A stretch of DNA of 64,000 bases from the human T2T-CHM13v2.0 reference genome, Homo sapiens (GCF_009914755.1 NC_060931.1); one strand, 5' to 3'; shown: positions 32,190-52,562, counted from the stretch's first letter. Numbers and translations are program-made. Notes: generated from the sequence alone by a model not told the origin.

Positions 32190-32895
32190 CAAAACCACAA
32201 TTAGATATCACCTCCTTTTTGTTAGGATGGCTATTTTCAAAATACCTCAGATAACAAGCACTGGCAAGGGTGTGGACAAAAGGGAACATTTGTATACTGT
32301 TAGTGAGAAAATAAATTTGTACAGCCGTTATGGAAAACAGTACTAAGTTTCCTCAAAAAATTAAAAAATAGAACAACCATGTGATCCAGCAATCTCTCTT
32401 CTGTATATATACCCCAAAGAAATGAAATCAATACCTCAAAGAGGTATTGTTGGACCTTATGCTAAGTGAAGGAAGCCAGAACAGAAAGACAAATCTTGCA
32501 TGATCTCACTTATATGCAGAATCAAAAAAAGTCAAATACATAGAAGCAAAGAGTACAACTGTGGTTATCAGGGGTCAAGAATTGGGGGAAATAAGGAAAT
32601 GTTGGTCAAAGGATGCAAACTTACAGTTATAAGATAAGTAAGTTTTGGAGACCTAATGTACAGTATGGTGGCTATAGTTAATAATAATGTATGGTAGCAA
32701 GGGGGAAAATAATGTATTATATATTTGAAATTAACTAGAGTAGTAGATTGTAAGTTTCTATGTGAAGTCATGGATATGTAATTAGCTTCATTGTGATAAT
32801 TATTTCACAATATATGAAAACATAATGTTGCACATCTTGAATATATGTATAATTTTTAAAAATTTGTAAATTATACCTTAATAAAGCTGGGGAAT
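32190..32895 (+). mobile_element. L1MA-class 3' fragment
   Basis: 'aaaaccacaattagatatcacctc...atgatctcacttatatg...gtacagtatggtggctatagttaataataatgta...aataaagctgg'. Confidence 0.8.
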
Positions 32896-32904
32896 AATAA
32901 ATAG

Positions 32905-33332
32905 ACATTATTTTGCGATAAATTTAGATTCACATGCAGTTGTAAAAAGTAACACAGAGGAGTCCAATGTGCCCATTACAGTTTCCCCCAATGAAAATAT
33001 CTTGCAAACTGTAGTACAACAGGACAACCACAATGCTGACATTGATACAGTTAAGATGCAGAACAGTCCCGTCACCACAAGGTTCCCTCATGTTGCTCTT
33101 TTATAACCACCCCCACTTCTACCTGCCCCCACTCCCTCCTTTCCTTCGACAACCACTAATCTGTTCTCTAGTTCTATAATTTTGTTATTTCAAGAATGGA
33201 TACAAATGGACTCATATAATAAGCAAATTTTGGCATTTGAATTTCTCACTTAGATTCATCCAGGTTGTTTCACATATCAACAGTTTCTTCCTTTTATCAC
33301 TGAGTAGTAGTACATGGTATGAATGCATCATA
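32905..33332 (-). mobile_element. L1MC/MD-class 3' end
   Basis: 'tttagattcacatgcagttgtaa...acaaccactaatctgttctcta...'. Confidence 0.7.
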
Positions 33333-33570
33333 GCAAAGGACTAGTATTTAGAATATATAAAGAACTCTGATGATTCGGCAGTAAAAGCAACCCAAACAAT
33401 TTAATTAGAAAGCAAGAAAAGACATAAACAGACATTTCACCAAAATAGATATACAGATGGAAAAAAAAATGTAAAGATGCTCAACGACATTAGCGTTTAG
33501 AGAAATACAAGTTAAAACCACAATGAGATATCACCCCACACTTAACAGAATGACTAAAATTAAAAAAAGT
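33333..33570 (+). mobile_element. Old L1 ORF2 3' fragment
   Basis: 'aaaggactagtatttagaatatataaagaactc...cagacatttcaccaaa...aaaaccacaatgagatatcacc'. Confidence 0.7.
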
Positions 33571-33919
33571 AAAAAAAATCTTGAATATATATAATTTTCA
33601 TGTGATTTGTACCTCAATGAAGCTGAACATAAAAACACTGGTCTATTATGAAAAATAATAAATTGAGTTTCTAAATGAAATATGAGCCAAGTATTGTAGG
33701 AACATACTTCAATGATTCAGCTAATTTTATCTCAAGAGTCCTGCAAGCTTTAGAATAAAAGGTAGCATGTGAATGGATAAGTAGTAGAAGGCAAGCAGAG
33801 AAGGAAGAAGAGACAAGTTCTGTGCACCTTTGGGAGTGCTGTATGATTTTAGAGTAGGCTAAATACCGACTAACAAGTGTGGTAGGGTCTGTTTCAGAAC
33901 ATGTAAACAAAGTTAATGG

Positions 33920-34200
33920 TTTTAGACTTGATCTTATGATTAAGAAGAAGCTGACAGAAGTTTATTAGCAGAGGGGTGACATCGTGAACTTTGTTTTATG
34001 GGCAAACAAATCTGGCAGAAACATAAAAATGGGCTGGAGTGTTGAAATGCTGGTGTCATTAAGAGAACTGTAGTTATTGCAATAATTCATATAAAATATA
34101 ATTGAAGGCCTAACCAAATGGCAACAGAAATGGAAAAGAGGGGCTCAATTCAAGAGCTATAAATGAGGTAGAATCAATAGGAACTGGTGATATTTGATTT
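33920..34200 (-). mobile_element. L2 fragment
   Basis: 'agcagaggggtgacatc...gaggtagaatcaataggaactggtga'. Confidence 0.55.
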
Positions 34201-37200
34201 TACTGATTTATGCCATACCTAGATTATCTCTGAATGCATAGACGAGAATACCAGAGTCTAAATCCAGCCTAAAAAGAGATATGGGTTTATATTTTGGCAG
34301 GTTCTGTGATCTAATGTACACTGTATCATAGTTTGAAAATTTAAAAAATATATATACGAGGTTTTGGCTTGTATAGAAATGATTATTCCCTGTATTTCCA
34401 TTATGTCCATCAAAGTTCCTCACAGCGTAATTAGCATTATGTGTGTTTCTATCAGTTATCCAAGATATGCTCACTTTAGCAAACATATCACAAGAAACAG
34501 AAATTCTGAGAATTTACATTCAGCCCTTATTCACCATATTAGTTAGCATTACTGCTCATGTGCAAAAGCTACTTTAAATTCTCCATTATTACAACCATTT
34601 TATGTTTCACTTAGATAAATATATGGAGGTAATAAAATGCACATGGTATCAGATTCCACATGACAAATTGAAGGCTGTTAAATTTTATTTTTTTCAACCA
34701 AACTGGTTTTAGGTTGTAGAAATGCAAAAAAGCACATTTAAGCATTTATGCTATCTACTTTTATGATTCACATTAGAAAATGATCCAAATAATTCAAACT
34801 CAAATTTGTCAGTGAAAACATAGCTTTGGACTTTAAGAATATGGTAACTCGACATTTAACCTATTGTGAAATGGTCACAGCAAAGTCAAATTTATCGTAT
34901 TCCTGGACAGATTTTGTGACTCCAAGGAAAGTAACAAAGGTTCTGTAAACCTCACAAAAGTTATTCATGTAATTATTATTTGAATTAACGTAGTAAACCC
35001 TATGCCAATGAATGTAATTGTAAATCTACAAGTTTCTATTTAATGCTCAAAGTGCTTGGCTACCAGATAGCCAGGTAAAGACGAAGAAATTGGCTCCCAT
35101 TTACCTGGAATTTTCATACGAACTGTAATTTTGCTTCTTTTACGTATCCTGAGTAATGTGAACTATCAGAGACTTTGTTCAAGCAAAATCCTTCTTGTTG
35201 CTATGAAATTTAGTTAATATTCAGTTCTTCAAGTTTTTAACTTTCAAATGGGTAATTTAATTTCCAGCAATATATTTTCCTTGGAATTTTTCTTCCTGCC
35301 TTACATGTCTTTTATTTTGGCTTTCATCGGCTTAGTAACATTAACGAAGTAAACATAAAACAAAACAAACAAACGAAACAGTAAAGTACCAGTGCATTTT
35401 CCGAAAAGAATAAAAAGTAACCTAATTAGACATGAAACTCATTTCTAACAAAGATGCAACATACAGAGGGCGATGAAATTATCTCATTTGTCTTACTGTG
35501 GAAGACTCAAAAGTCATAAGCAACAAAAAAGTTTTGACTTAGTGAAACTACTCTGAGAGGTCATATTTTTATTTTACAGGTGCATTTGTTTTATTATTTT
35601 TCATGTATTTAGTGGGGATTTAGGTGGCACAGGAAGATAATTTATTATGTAGAAAACAGAAAGACTTCTACTAGATACTGAACCCATTTTCAAGCATCGT
35701 TAACTAAGCGATTTGACCTATATTGTATGGATAACATGCTCAACAGAGGAGAAAATAAATCTCTTTTGATCTTTGCTTTTCAAATAAAAACAAAATCATA
35801 ATATTTTAAGTAGCTTAGTTAAAATGAAATTAAATATTTAATTACTAAGGATGTTTCAGAAATCCTATCTTTTTTATTAGTTGTTTTCACTTTTGTCCTG
35901 TTATTAAAATATTTTATGTGTCATTTCAAATCTGGTTTTAAAATAATTTTCTCATGGAGAACATAGTTTTTAACTATGTTATTCAGTAACTTTATTTTAA
36001 TACTAAAACAGTCTCATAATTCTATGGCATAGCCGGAATTTGGACTTGCTTAACTATGCTGGTTAATGGGAAAGGTTGACTTATAGTAATACTGCAGAGT
36101 AAGTGTTTAAAGTGGGTACATTTATGTCATAGAATCAATTCAGTTTTATTCACTTTTTCATTGCCAAGAAACATTACACTAAACATGGGTTATAGGGTTA
36201 CTCATTTATTCCTAAACGTAGTGAGGTATTACTTTAAAAAATACACCACAAGTCAAATGGAAGGGCCCTGGTGGGACCTGATTCACCAGTGAATGAGGAG
36301 CGTCTGAAAGCTGCAGTTCAGGGAGAGAAAAGCACTCCCAGAGTAGCTGCAGCAGACAGAATGTTGGCAGGGCACAGGGAGCCTGGTCGGCAAACGAGCC
36401 CTAGGTCAGTGCAGAGGGAAAGGGAGGATACATTTGTAGTTTGTTTTTCATCACTTCTTGAAGTCCCCTGGGAAATTAAATGTCATCTGTATGAACTATG
36501 GCCACAGGTATTTGTTAGGAACTAAGTCCTGGCCCAGTTGAATAAAATCAGCAATTTATTTTTTTTTGATTGGCAACTATAAATTCACCAATAAAGAGTT
36601 ATGAAAAAGGTTGCTCAAAGTATGTAATAGTGGCATGAATGGGAACTTTTACTCAAATTTGTAAAAATTATGGTATCAAATTTAAGTGTATAAAAAGTTA
36701 GGTATTTGCTTGTAGAAACTTGAAACTACAATTTTGTGGCAATTACTATTCAGATGAACACATTAGTGGTGGAAGTGACCCGAAATTCTACACATGTTAT
36801 AGAAAGAACTCCATTTTATTTAAACCGCTAAACTCAGGCTTTTTTGTTCACAGAAATGTGTACTTTTTTTTGGAGTAAGAGAATAATGTTGACAACATTA
36901 TTTTATAAGGAAGAAACACAGCTATAATCACTGCAGTGGAGACATTTAATATTCACACCGAAGAAGGCAAACATTTTTCATATTTCTAGACAACAGGTAG
37001 AGATATAAATTTATTCAAATGACAGATAAAAATGCTTGTATCTAATGCTCATTCATAAGACGTGCTTGTTAAGTCCCAGGGAGACAATGAAATAAGCTAC
37101 AGAAACTTCAGACAGAATCATATGCTACTCCATCTTAGTTTATAAAAGAAAAGATGGATATTCTAAAACCGTAATTTTTAACCTGAATTACTTTTACAGG

Positions 37201-37616
37201 ACTAAAGAAACTTTTTTTATATGTAAGTGTAAGAAAAGGATGCACCCAAAGATCAAATATTTTAGTTTTTAATCATTTCAACAATTCCCTATGGAAAAAA
37301 AAAGTGGTTATTTAAGTATTTTGATGTATAAGAATTTTCTATCATAATACTAATTATTTCTTACCTAAATGTTCTCTAGTTCTCTATTTGTATTGTACAT
37401 TAGAACTAATTACAGAGCAAAAATGGAAAAAGTATATAAGCAGTAGTGATCCCACATTGCAGAGTCATACAAAAACGTACACAAAGTAAGTCCCTAAGAG
37501 CAGTGATAAATTCATAATTATTTGAAACGTAAAATGAAACATGTAAAATGTTTAAACAATAACCAATCATGTTAAGAATTGAATACATTTCAATAATAAT
37601 TAAATCTTTACTATTA

Positions 37617-37931
<315 letters not shown>

Positions 37932-38282
37932 TCATAATAATAAAAGTGTCCCTAAGAAATTTATTAGAAAGATTTAATGAAATGTATGATAGTAATAATT
38001 GCTGTTGTTACGGATCATAGCACTGTCTCAAATGAGCTTAGAAGTGATGCTTCCAACATTTCATGGGAAGTAGCAAAATCTAACTCAAGAAACCCTAGCT
38101 TTTTTCCCAAATGTCTCTCATTATATACAATAATGAATGCAGCATCACTTGAACCTTTTTTTCCTGAGCCATAAGGAAAATGTTATAGGCCAGAAAGGTC
38201 ATCATTAGATGACACCTTTGTTCATATTTCTGTTTAAGTGCTTTTATTTCCCTCTTCTGAAATAAGCCAACTAAAGAAGACA

Positions 38283-38625
38283 ATGTAACCTAGAGCTGAC
38301 TAATGGAACCTGAGGGAAGTATACCGTGGGCATCTAGGAAAGATTTTTTTCTCTGATCAAGACACATACAAAGTAAAAGCTTTGCCCCTCTTTTCCTATT
38401 TTTGCATGTTCTCAAGGAAAAATAACTGGAGATGAAGCAGCCTTCTTGCCCCTATGAAGGAAAAGACAAGGGAAACCCAGAGATGACCCAGATTCTGGAC
38501 AGAGCTGAACTGGCTCATCAGCAACCTTGAAATAGTCTCTGAATTTTTACTCGTGAGAGATACATAAATAGAATCATTATTTATTTTGCATATTCTGTCA
38601 CTTGCAGCCAAAGCACACTCAAAAC
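38283..38625 (+). mobile_element. MLT1-class MaLR LTR fragment
   Basis: 3' end 'ttctgtcacttgcagccaaagca'. Confidence 0.5.
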
Positions 38626-39394
38626 ATAACTCACTATGTTTTATAAAAGAATTTTCACATATATTATTGAGATATTAGAAAACCTAAATGAATATTTTTC
38701 ATACAATACTATTTTTCTAAATGTGAAACTTGGTAGTGGCTGAAATAAAGGAGGTAAAGTAGAGAATTTCTGTTCACCATAATTGCTTGTTTTTATCTTG
38801 TGCCAAGATATGCAGATATCACTGAATATGCTTTCCTCATCTGACTTGCTGTCCCCCTAAATTTTCTAAGAGTCATTTTCACACTTACATGCATGAAATA
38901 ATTTTTTTAAAAAACATGAAACACTGCTTTTTTGGAGTGCTCCCAATTTGCATCAGATATTTTATCACTGTCAATGAAGTCTGTATAGACCAGTGAGTGG
39001 TAAGTTGACACTTTTCTTCTTCCCCCATCCCACATCCAATAACTTAAAAATACAGTCACCTTGTGGTGTTTGAATTAATAAAATATACCCTGATGTCTGA
39101 GATTATCTGCAAAAATATTTAAGATATGGTATTTCTCTATAATATAAATAGGAACATGTACAGCCTAGTGAAAATTGATAGCAAAATGTAATAAGGTATG
39201 TGTTCTTGTATACACAAAAAGCTGTAGTTTATTTAATTGAATTATATTCATAAATAAAAAGTGTCCAACAAACAAAAATTGTTTTCAATAAGTTTTAAAA
39301 AATAAGAGGGCACTACAAATGCAGATATTAGCATGTTTCCACTCCTGACTTTGGGTATCAGGGGAGGTTAGCATAACCCTCTTTCTGGTAGAAT

Positions 39395-39620
39395 AGAAAT
39401 TCATTTATTCAACAATCTGAGCATTTACTATAGGTCCAGTACTGTTATAAGAATTGGAATTATGTTTATACAAGAAAAGAAGAGATCTCTACATAACACT
39501 TACTTTGTATTAGAAAAAATACATTAAATTATTTAATATAAATTGAGATCAAGTGCTATAAAGAAGATACACAAGATGGTATGTGTGTATACAATAAAAG
39601 CAAATTGAGAGCCTTCTTTA
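39395..39620 (-). mobile_element. L2 fragment
   Basis: 'ttcatttattcaacaatctgagcatttactatagg...aagtgctataaagaa'. Confidence 0.5.
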
Positions 39621-40230
39621 AAAAGAAATTGACCAGGCCTTCCAAAGGTTCTTTTGCTGAAATTCCATAGTTACCAAGCAATCTGGAAGTTAATTTGGCT
39701 TTCTATGGATTTTGATATAATTAATAGGATGTCTTAAATTATGGAATTGTGTATCTGAATCCCTGGAAAGGAATTATCATCACCTCCCCTATATATTAAG
39801 TGGTATATAAATTTTATAGTAGATAAAGTTGAGCAAGTGAATAAGAGCCTGACCATTTCTGGGTGTCATGATTCAATTATGTTTCCCCATTTGCCAAGAT
39901 GAGAGTGAGACTCTGGACTATGGATGATCACATAATCAAGGTAGTGCCCACTGGAAAACCCGAATAACCTTCCTAGGCAGCAGAAACAACTAGCTGGATT
40001 ATACTAGTTGACTATGTTGAGCTAGACAGCAAATAGCAGAAGAATTGCTTGTTCCCCCATCCTCTTTCTGCCATTCACCAGTTGACTTTCTTGGCTCTCT
40101 CCCTCTCTCCCCCTCCCTCCCTCTCTCTCTTTCTCCACCAACCCCCCATCCTATTTAGTGGTCTTTATTGAATCCATTAAGTCAATCAATTGTTTAAGCA
40201 CAGGTGTGAGAATATAAGAATATAAAGTTC

Positions 40231-45430
<5,200 letters not shown>

Positions 45431-47384
45431 AAGAATATAAAGCTCATTAGTTTTAATAGAGTTCAACATATATTTAAGGAGCACCTACTAAGTTTCAGGG
45501 AAGTTAATTTAATGTAGGTGTTGCAGTAGACTTCAAAGACAGCTCAGATTTCCCATCCTGAATGATGGGCAACTTTTTACAACTAGAATAGACATTAATT
45601 GGTAACTTTGGGCATCTAACAAATATCTGAAGTGGACTCAGATTATTAAACTAGATAACCCTGTTTAATAATATTTGCTTGGCATATTCAAATATGAATG
45701 ACACCCCAAATCACTAGGCAAAGCAATCTCAAAATGCAACATAGGGAGTTCAACATGTGAGAAAAAAGGAGTATACATATATTTTGGAAAAACACATTTG
45801 CTTTCATCACTGAAAGGCCAGTTAATACTTTTCAATTATCTTCAGTGGTATAGAAGAATTTTAAATCAGTAATTATGTAACATTAGAACATATTACATAT
45901 GTTTTTCCTAACCAATTTTTAGATGCTATATTTTGTAAAACTTGCAAAAATCGAGAAAAAAATTACACCTCTCTAGTTCCTTCACACATTATTTCCCTTA
46001 CCTATATTCTGTGAAGACTACCACAGCTTCACAACTTAAAAAAAATACTTCTAATAAAACTTGTTTCTATTCTCTGAAAATTAGTTAAGTGTTTTTTACC
46101 TTTTGTTTTTCTTCACACATCAGCAGTCTTTTTCCAATTCTGTAACAAGAAGCATAACTTTGCATTTTGAAAATGCCAATCACCTTAAAACTTCTCTCAT
46201 GCTAGAAACAGAAAAAACAGAACAGTTCTCCTTTTTCTAATGCTATGGAAGAGTGGTTTTACATACACATTAATTATCTTGTATAAAAATGATAAGAAAT
46301 AAGAATCGGGCTACTTGAATTATATTGAAAATATTGATATTTTTAATCAAATTGAATAATTCTATAGTTTAACACATAAATCAGTAAATCAATTATTATT
46401 TAGATTGCATTTTTGTCATGGATTTACATCTTGAGGGACTCAGATGACTCCCTGAAATATCATGATCTGTTTTTGTTGCCAGTCATGATGCTATAATTTA
46501 TATAAAATATTCAAGCTGACTTGTACATAAACTAATTGACAGATGTAGGAATTGTCATTTGGGGATTAATCATTTTGCCAGTACATTCAAGTACATGTTA
46601 GATAATTCTAAGATGTACGTAAAGGAAACATCCCCTCTCTTTTTCTCTCCAATATTATCTACTATTTTTAAAATGTGCCTACCTTTATACCATTTTCTCC
46701 TATTTAAAATTATGTCCATATAAACAGATAATAAATGGAGACGAATTCCAATTGGGAATATTTTTACAAGATAAAACTTGTTTCAATTTGCATTACCATC
46801 AACAAATAGCCAAATCACCCTTTTTTCCTATATTAAAATACTAGCAACATGTAGCATTCATTTACCAGATTTAAATTTTAAAAAGACCTGTATTTTTACA
46901 TGAGTCAGAACAAAGTGAGACTCTTGTCCAGAGAAATAGTACTGCAGTCTGAATCTAGATACAGTATTGAAATCAAATTCTGAATATTATTGGATATTTA
47001 CGGTCACTCATTTAGGTTAGTGACTCATTTAGATACGCTTTCTATACTGAACAGATTACAGAGATTAGGGAAAATATATTACTGTCGTTTTGTACCAATC
47101 AATAAGAAAGCAAAATCTCCTGGAGGCTCCGTTTAGTGGGTGATCAAATGTTCATAAAATAAATCATAAAGACTGTTCTTACCTATAAGTTTTAGTGTCC
47201 TTACATTATGGCAGTTGATTATCAAGAATTCATTGAACAACATATGCGAGCAGGACCTCTATTTCTTATTTAGCCATTTCTCTAAAAATTTGGAATTTAA
47301 TCATTTGAGACAGATGAGAACAAATGACAACTTCCCAATGAACATAAAAGGGAAGACCACAGAAAATAATGCCTATTATTTTTG

Positions 47385-47510
47385 CTCATTAATTCATTCA
47401 TTCAACAAGTATTTAATGAATACCTGTTATGCATGAAGCACTATTCTAGTTGCCAGAAATTCATCAATAATTGAAATATATAAAGTTTCTGCCCTCATAT
47501 TGCTTATAAT
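47385..47510 (-). mobile_element. L2 3' end, probably continuing at ~48220-48550
   Basis: 'attcattcattcaacaagtatttaatgaatacct...ttctgccctcat'. Confidence 0.6.
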
Positions 47511-47761
47511 TTTTATTTATCTAAATGTGAGATTAGATTGCTTATATAACTTAGAATTAATATACCACTCTCTCCACCTCTTCTCATTCTTAGAGTGTAT
47601 ATACAATAAAAACCCAAAAAAAATGCAACAAAACATGGAACAGTTAATCTAGTCAATTTCTGGACTAAGTTTTATAATTAAATGACAATTACATTGATAT
47701 TATTATATTATTTTGTATTGTATTACATGCATATTAATGTATTACAATGTACTGTTTAATA

Positions 47762-48218
47762 CAGTGGTAGACTGTTTAACGGGCACGAGTTCTTCCCATT
47801 CCTGTAAGCTTCCTTCTATGCAGTGAGACTGTGCTGCTGCTTCTCCCTTCTAGACATGAATCTCTTTCTAGGCCCTCTTGAATCAGGACCAACCTTGTGA
47901 CTTATTTTGACTCATGGAACATTACAGAAGTGATGCATAAGCTCTGGATCCTAGGCTTCATGGGGTTCATAAATGCCACCTTCCCCCTCTTGGAGCATTG
48001 TCATGAGACCTCCATGTTAATAAGCCCAGGATGGAAAACCACTAGGAGAGGGAGACACAGTATCCTGGCTGGGCTTCGCCTCCAGCTCATCCACCAGATT
48101 ACTGTTGCTAAAAAACTGCCAGACTAATTGACAGAAATATGAGAAACAGTAACTTATTGCTGATTAAAGCCACTAAGTGTTAGTCTGGTGTGCTAAGAAC
48201 AAATAGATAAAAGACACA
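47762..48218 (+). mobile_element. MLT1-class MaLR solo LTR
   Basis: 'gtggtagactg...ttgtgacttattttgac...aagccactaagt...aaatagataa'. Confidence 0.7.
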
Positions 48219-49360
48219 TAAACGTATATACCAGACACTGTGCTAAATACCACCTATGCAAAATTCAGCAAAAGCTTTCATAATCTTTGCCTATAGTCTC
48301 TATCATATTGTATAGCAGAAAAGACACGAACTGTTCAAGTATTCACACAAATATTGTGAAATTGCTATGGTAGCAAATAAAAGAAAGAAAAGTAAAAATA
48401 TTTTATGAGAGATTGTGATTCCTAGAGGGAAGCACATTTCTGGTACAGGTGACTTTAAGTGCAAAGTCCCTGTCGGAGAAAGCAGCAGATACCAGAAACC
48501 AATAGAAAGAAGGCATTTGAGCCTGCGATAGAGGGTTAGCTTATGAAGAGATAAGATTGTGCTAGTGGGTTACGGTTAGGTATTTAGCTGTGTAGCATAT
48601 TTGATATATGGAGGATACAGTTAGTAGCAGCTCTTATATTAAAAAAAGAAAAAGAAAATTTGGGTTTCTTTGTGTATGTGCATTTTATCTTTTTGAGCAA
48701 TTATTTGCTACAAGAGCATTCAGGAAATAGAAGCAAAACATGCTCCAAAATATCAGCAGAGGCAGTGCTTAAATTTCATTACTAAGGCTTCTTTCATATC
48801 TACACTCTTAGAGTGGAAACTAAGTAACCTAAATAAATCTAATAATGAAAATGAATTAGAGAGAAATGAGCTTTGGTAATTGTGACTGTCTTTCAATTGA
48901 ACAATTAGACTTTAACATAGAAGAAAAGAAATATGATAGGTCAATTAAACACTGTATATAACCAGGCAAATCAACAAGTTTCTATAGTACAGGTCAGCTC
49001 GGTACTGTGTGGCCACCGACTTTATTGACTCAGTACAATACAAAGAATATGCAAAATTTTGAAAGTGACGAAATTTTTCTGACACTACTATTATTCTCAT
49101 AAATGTGCCAAGTGAAAAAATAACAATTATTTCCAATAAAAAAAACAACTAATGCATAGTTCTGTTAAAAACAAGATTTGCTTTCCTCTAAGCTCCAAAA
49201 ATACAGACATAGCAATGAACAACCCTGAAATTCCCTTCCTTTGCCTGCAAGACTCACAATAAAATTATTGCCCAGAAGTGCTGGCAAGTGACCAAAATGA
49301 GGAGGCATTTTTGGGGATTACTGGCTTAAACAATAACTCCTTCAAACAGGGAAAGCAAAG

Positions 49361-49432
49361 GAAAAAAAAAGAAAGAAGGAAGAAAGGAAGGAAGGAAGGA
49401 AGGAACGAAGGAAGGGAGGGAAAAGAAGAGAA
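49361..49432. repeat. (GGAA)n-like polypurine tract
   Basis: Direct reading. Confidence 0.85.
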
Positions 49433-50840
49433 AATCTGTATTCTTTTTGTTACATTCAATCGTCACAATAGAGTAATTTTCTCTCATCATCCATAAATCT
49501 ATCATCTTGCTAATACTTAGGTAAAATCATTTTCATTGTAGCACATAATATATATTAATAAGCTACTAGACTTTTTCTAATATTCTACTTTCCTTTCCAC
49601 TTTAGATTTAACAATCATATAATAATCACTGTTCTGCTTGCAAATGAATCATATGCAATAGTAAGGAAATAGCTAAGAGGGAGATGCCGCCCATGAGAGA
49701 TTTAATCATAGGAAATGGCTGACTTTTTATTTCCAATAACCATCTGCACTCATGGTAAATCAGGTGCTAATGAAGCTCAGGCCCAGACTGCACAGGAGCA
49801 TAAATCTCAAGAACCAAAAGTCGTGGAGCAACAGACCTCAGAAAAACAGAATTTTCTAAGGAAATGCACCAAAATTATCATATAGAAGGTCACCATCTGC
49901 AAACGTGTCACATAAGTGAATATATTTGGTAGGCCTAATACCACATTATGACACTGGCTGTAAACATCAAATCTCTACTTTTCTTTTGAAACTTACCACT
50001 TTCAAATATTATGATCACTTATGGTTTTTTACGTCCTCCTAGATAGTCAACATCTTGGGGGTAGGGGCTCTTCATTCCAGTTTAATTTTTATCGCCTCCA
50101 CAGTGGTTTGTCCTTATAAGTACTTGATATTTGGAGAATGAATAATGAGAATAAATTTATTAATTGTGGAATCCTACTTTTAGGGCAGAAAAGTTTTGCA
50201 GAATTTTTTTCTCCAGTGGAGGAGGAAGCCAAGTCTTAATGCAGTAGAATTTGTACCAGAATTTGTCTTCTGAGAGTCAATAAATGTACCTATATCTTCT
50301 AAGAGTTTTTGTCTCTCAGTAATTATAATCCTTAACTTCACGTCTTGCTCACTCATTGTTGGAGTGATATATGTAAAAGAATCAGAACAGAGTTAGAAGG
50401 AGAAGGGACAGCCCAGAACCGACAGTATAAATTCAAATCCTGTCACAAAATGATGCAAGTCTAAGGACTTGACAAAATAATTTCCTTTTTCTATACGCTA
50501 GTATAATACATAGATCATATCTATCTCGTAATTATTAATCATTATATTTTTAGCCACTGGCAAATCATATCAAAGCAAAGACCTGGTAAAGAAGAGGTAT
50601 GATATCTCTATTAACTCTTGAACCAACCTAAGTTCTATACCATGCCACACTTCACTTAGCCTCATTATTCTCTACTTGTTTCCATGAATGCAGAAATCTT
50701 AGTCAAGTGTTAATAAGCCTTTTATTTTCATTTGTTTTCTGTAAAAAAATATAATTAGCACAAAAAAGAAATCTGGTTGCTAGAGCCAATTAGTCTGTAA
50801 ATAGCTTTATAAATTGTATTAGGTAAATATTAATACTTAG

Positions 50841-51030
50841 AGCAGCAGTTTTTAATTTTCTGTGGATCACAGATACTTGAAGAATTTGATGACAGGTGTG
50901 AACCGTCTGCCCTGATATAAACACATGATATATATGTGCAGAAATATGGCTAAAATTTCAGGAGTTTTACAGTCTTGAAATCCATTAATAGTACCCAGGA
51001 CTGTGTAAATCCAGGTCAGAATTTCTGACT
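50841..51030. mobile_element. Probable hAT-Charlie MITE
   Basis: 'gcagtttttaattttctgtggatcacaga...ccaggtcagaatttctg'. Confidence 0.45.
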
Positions 51031-52199
51031 ATAGTTGTATTTGCAAACTGAGAAATTAACAAAGATCTTAGGTGGAATTCATCATACATAACAGACTTTA
51101 GATGTAGACTGTTTTTTATTTCTTATCCAAAAAGTTAATCAATACCAGAGTTTATCATGCTAGATTACAATTTTAAACTGTGTTTTCATATATCCACATG
51201 AAATCCACATAAAACAAAATAATGAATCTTTTCATTTAAAACTGAGAAGACAGACAAATTTTACCATTCAGTGTATATTTCTGGACATGATATATAGAGT
51301 TGTATTCAGGTAATGTTATGCAGTACTAATCAGAATTCACAAAATTAGAGTTGCTTACATCTGATGAGTGGGTTTTAACCCTCAGAAGCTAGTTAATGCA
51401 TACTCCTGCCCCAGGCAAACTGACATTGCTGTATCCTGAATGTGTTGGCATTTGACCTATGGGAAGCTAACATGCTGTTAGTGAGAGGAACATGTGTATG
51501 CGCATCCTACAACACATTACTTTCACATTTACTGCTTTCTTCTCTTTCATTTATCTTAATACATGACAAAAAAATTGACAAATCTTTGTTTCGTAATGCA
51601 AATTATTGCACCTGAAGCCAAATCCAATCGATTCTCAATTCAACACATAAGATGAACTGAGAAGGGATTTTATGGCATCTAATATTATAATTAGGCATGT
51701 TTTTAAAGAAAAATTAATATTAAATATAGATGCTAGTAAAAGCTAAGTATCAGATTTGAGCTTCAATTTTCTTCAAAGATTTTCTCTGCAAAGGAACATA
51801 CGTTCTTAATTATATACTTTATTGTGTCAAAATTGTAGAAAATTAATTAATAACAAAATACGAAGAAACCTATAACTTGCGTTATAGCCTGTAGTGTAAG
51901 GACAATGGTCTCCAATTTACATGGCTCAACTTGTGATTTTCATAGTCTACAATGGTGTGAAAGCAGTGCACATTCAACAAACACTACACTTCAGGTTTTG
52001 AATTTTGATCCTTTCCCAGGCTAGAGACATGCGGTGCAATACTCTCTTGCGATGCCAGGCAGTAGCAGTGAACCTCAGCTCCCAGCCACGCTATCTTGAG
52101 GGTAAACAAATGATAGTCTATAGTGTACTGTGTTTCCAGATAATCTTGCCCAACTGTAGGCTAATGTAAGTGTTCTGAGCATGTTTAAGGCAGGCTAGG

Positions 52200-52562
52200 T
52201 GATATGGTTTGGCTGTGTCCTCACCCAAATCTCATCTTGAATTGTAGCTCCCGTAATTCCCATGTGTGGTGAGAGGGATCCAGTGACAGGCAATTGAATC
52301 ATGAGGGCGGGTTTTTTCCCATGCTGTTCTCCTGTTAATGAATAAGTCTCACGAGATCTGATGGTTTCATAAAGGGGAGATCCCCTGCACACACTCTTGC
52401 CTGATGCCATGTAAGATGTTCCTTTGCTCTTCCTTCACTTTCCGCCACGGTCGTGAGGCCTCCCCAGCCACATGGAACTGTGAGTCCATTAAACCTCTTT
52501 CCTTTGTAAATTACCCAGTCTCAGGTATGTCTTTATTAGCAGTATGAGAATGGACTAATACA
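52200..52562 (+). mobile_element. THE1 solo LTR
   Basis: TGATATGGTTTGG...CTAATACA; 5-bp TSD CTAGG (52195-52199 / 52563-52567). Confidence 0.93.
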
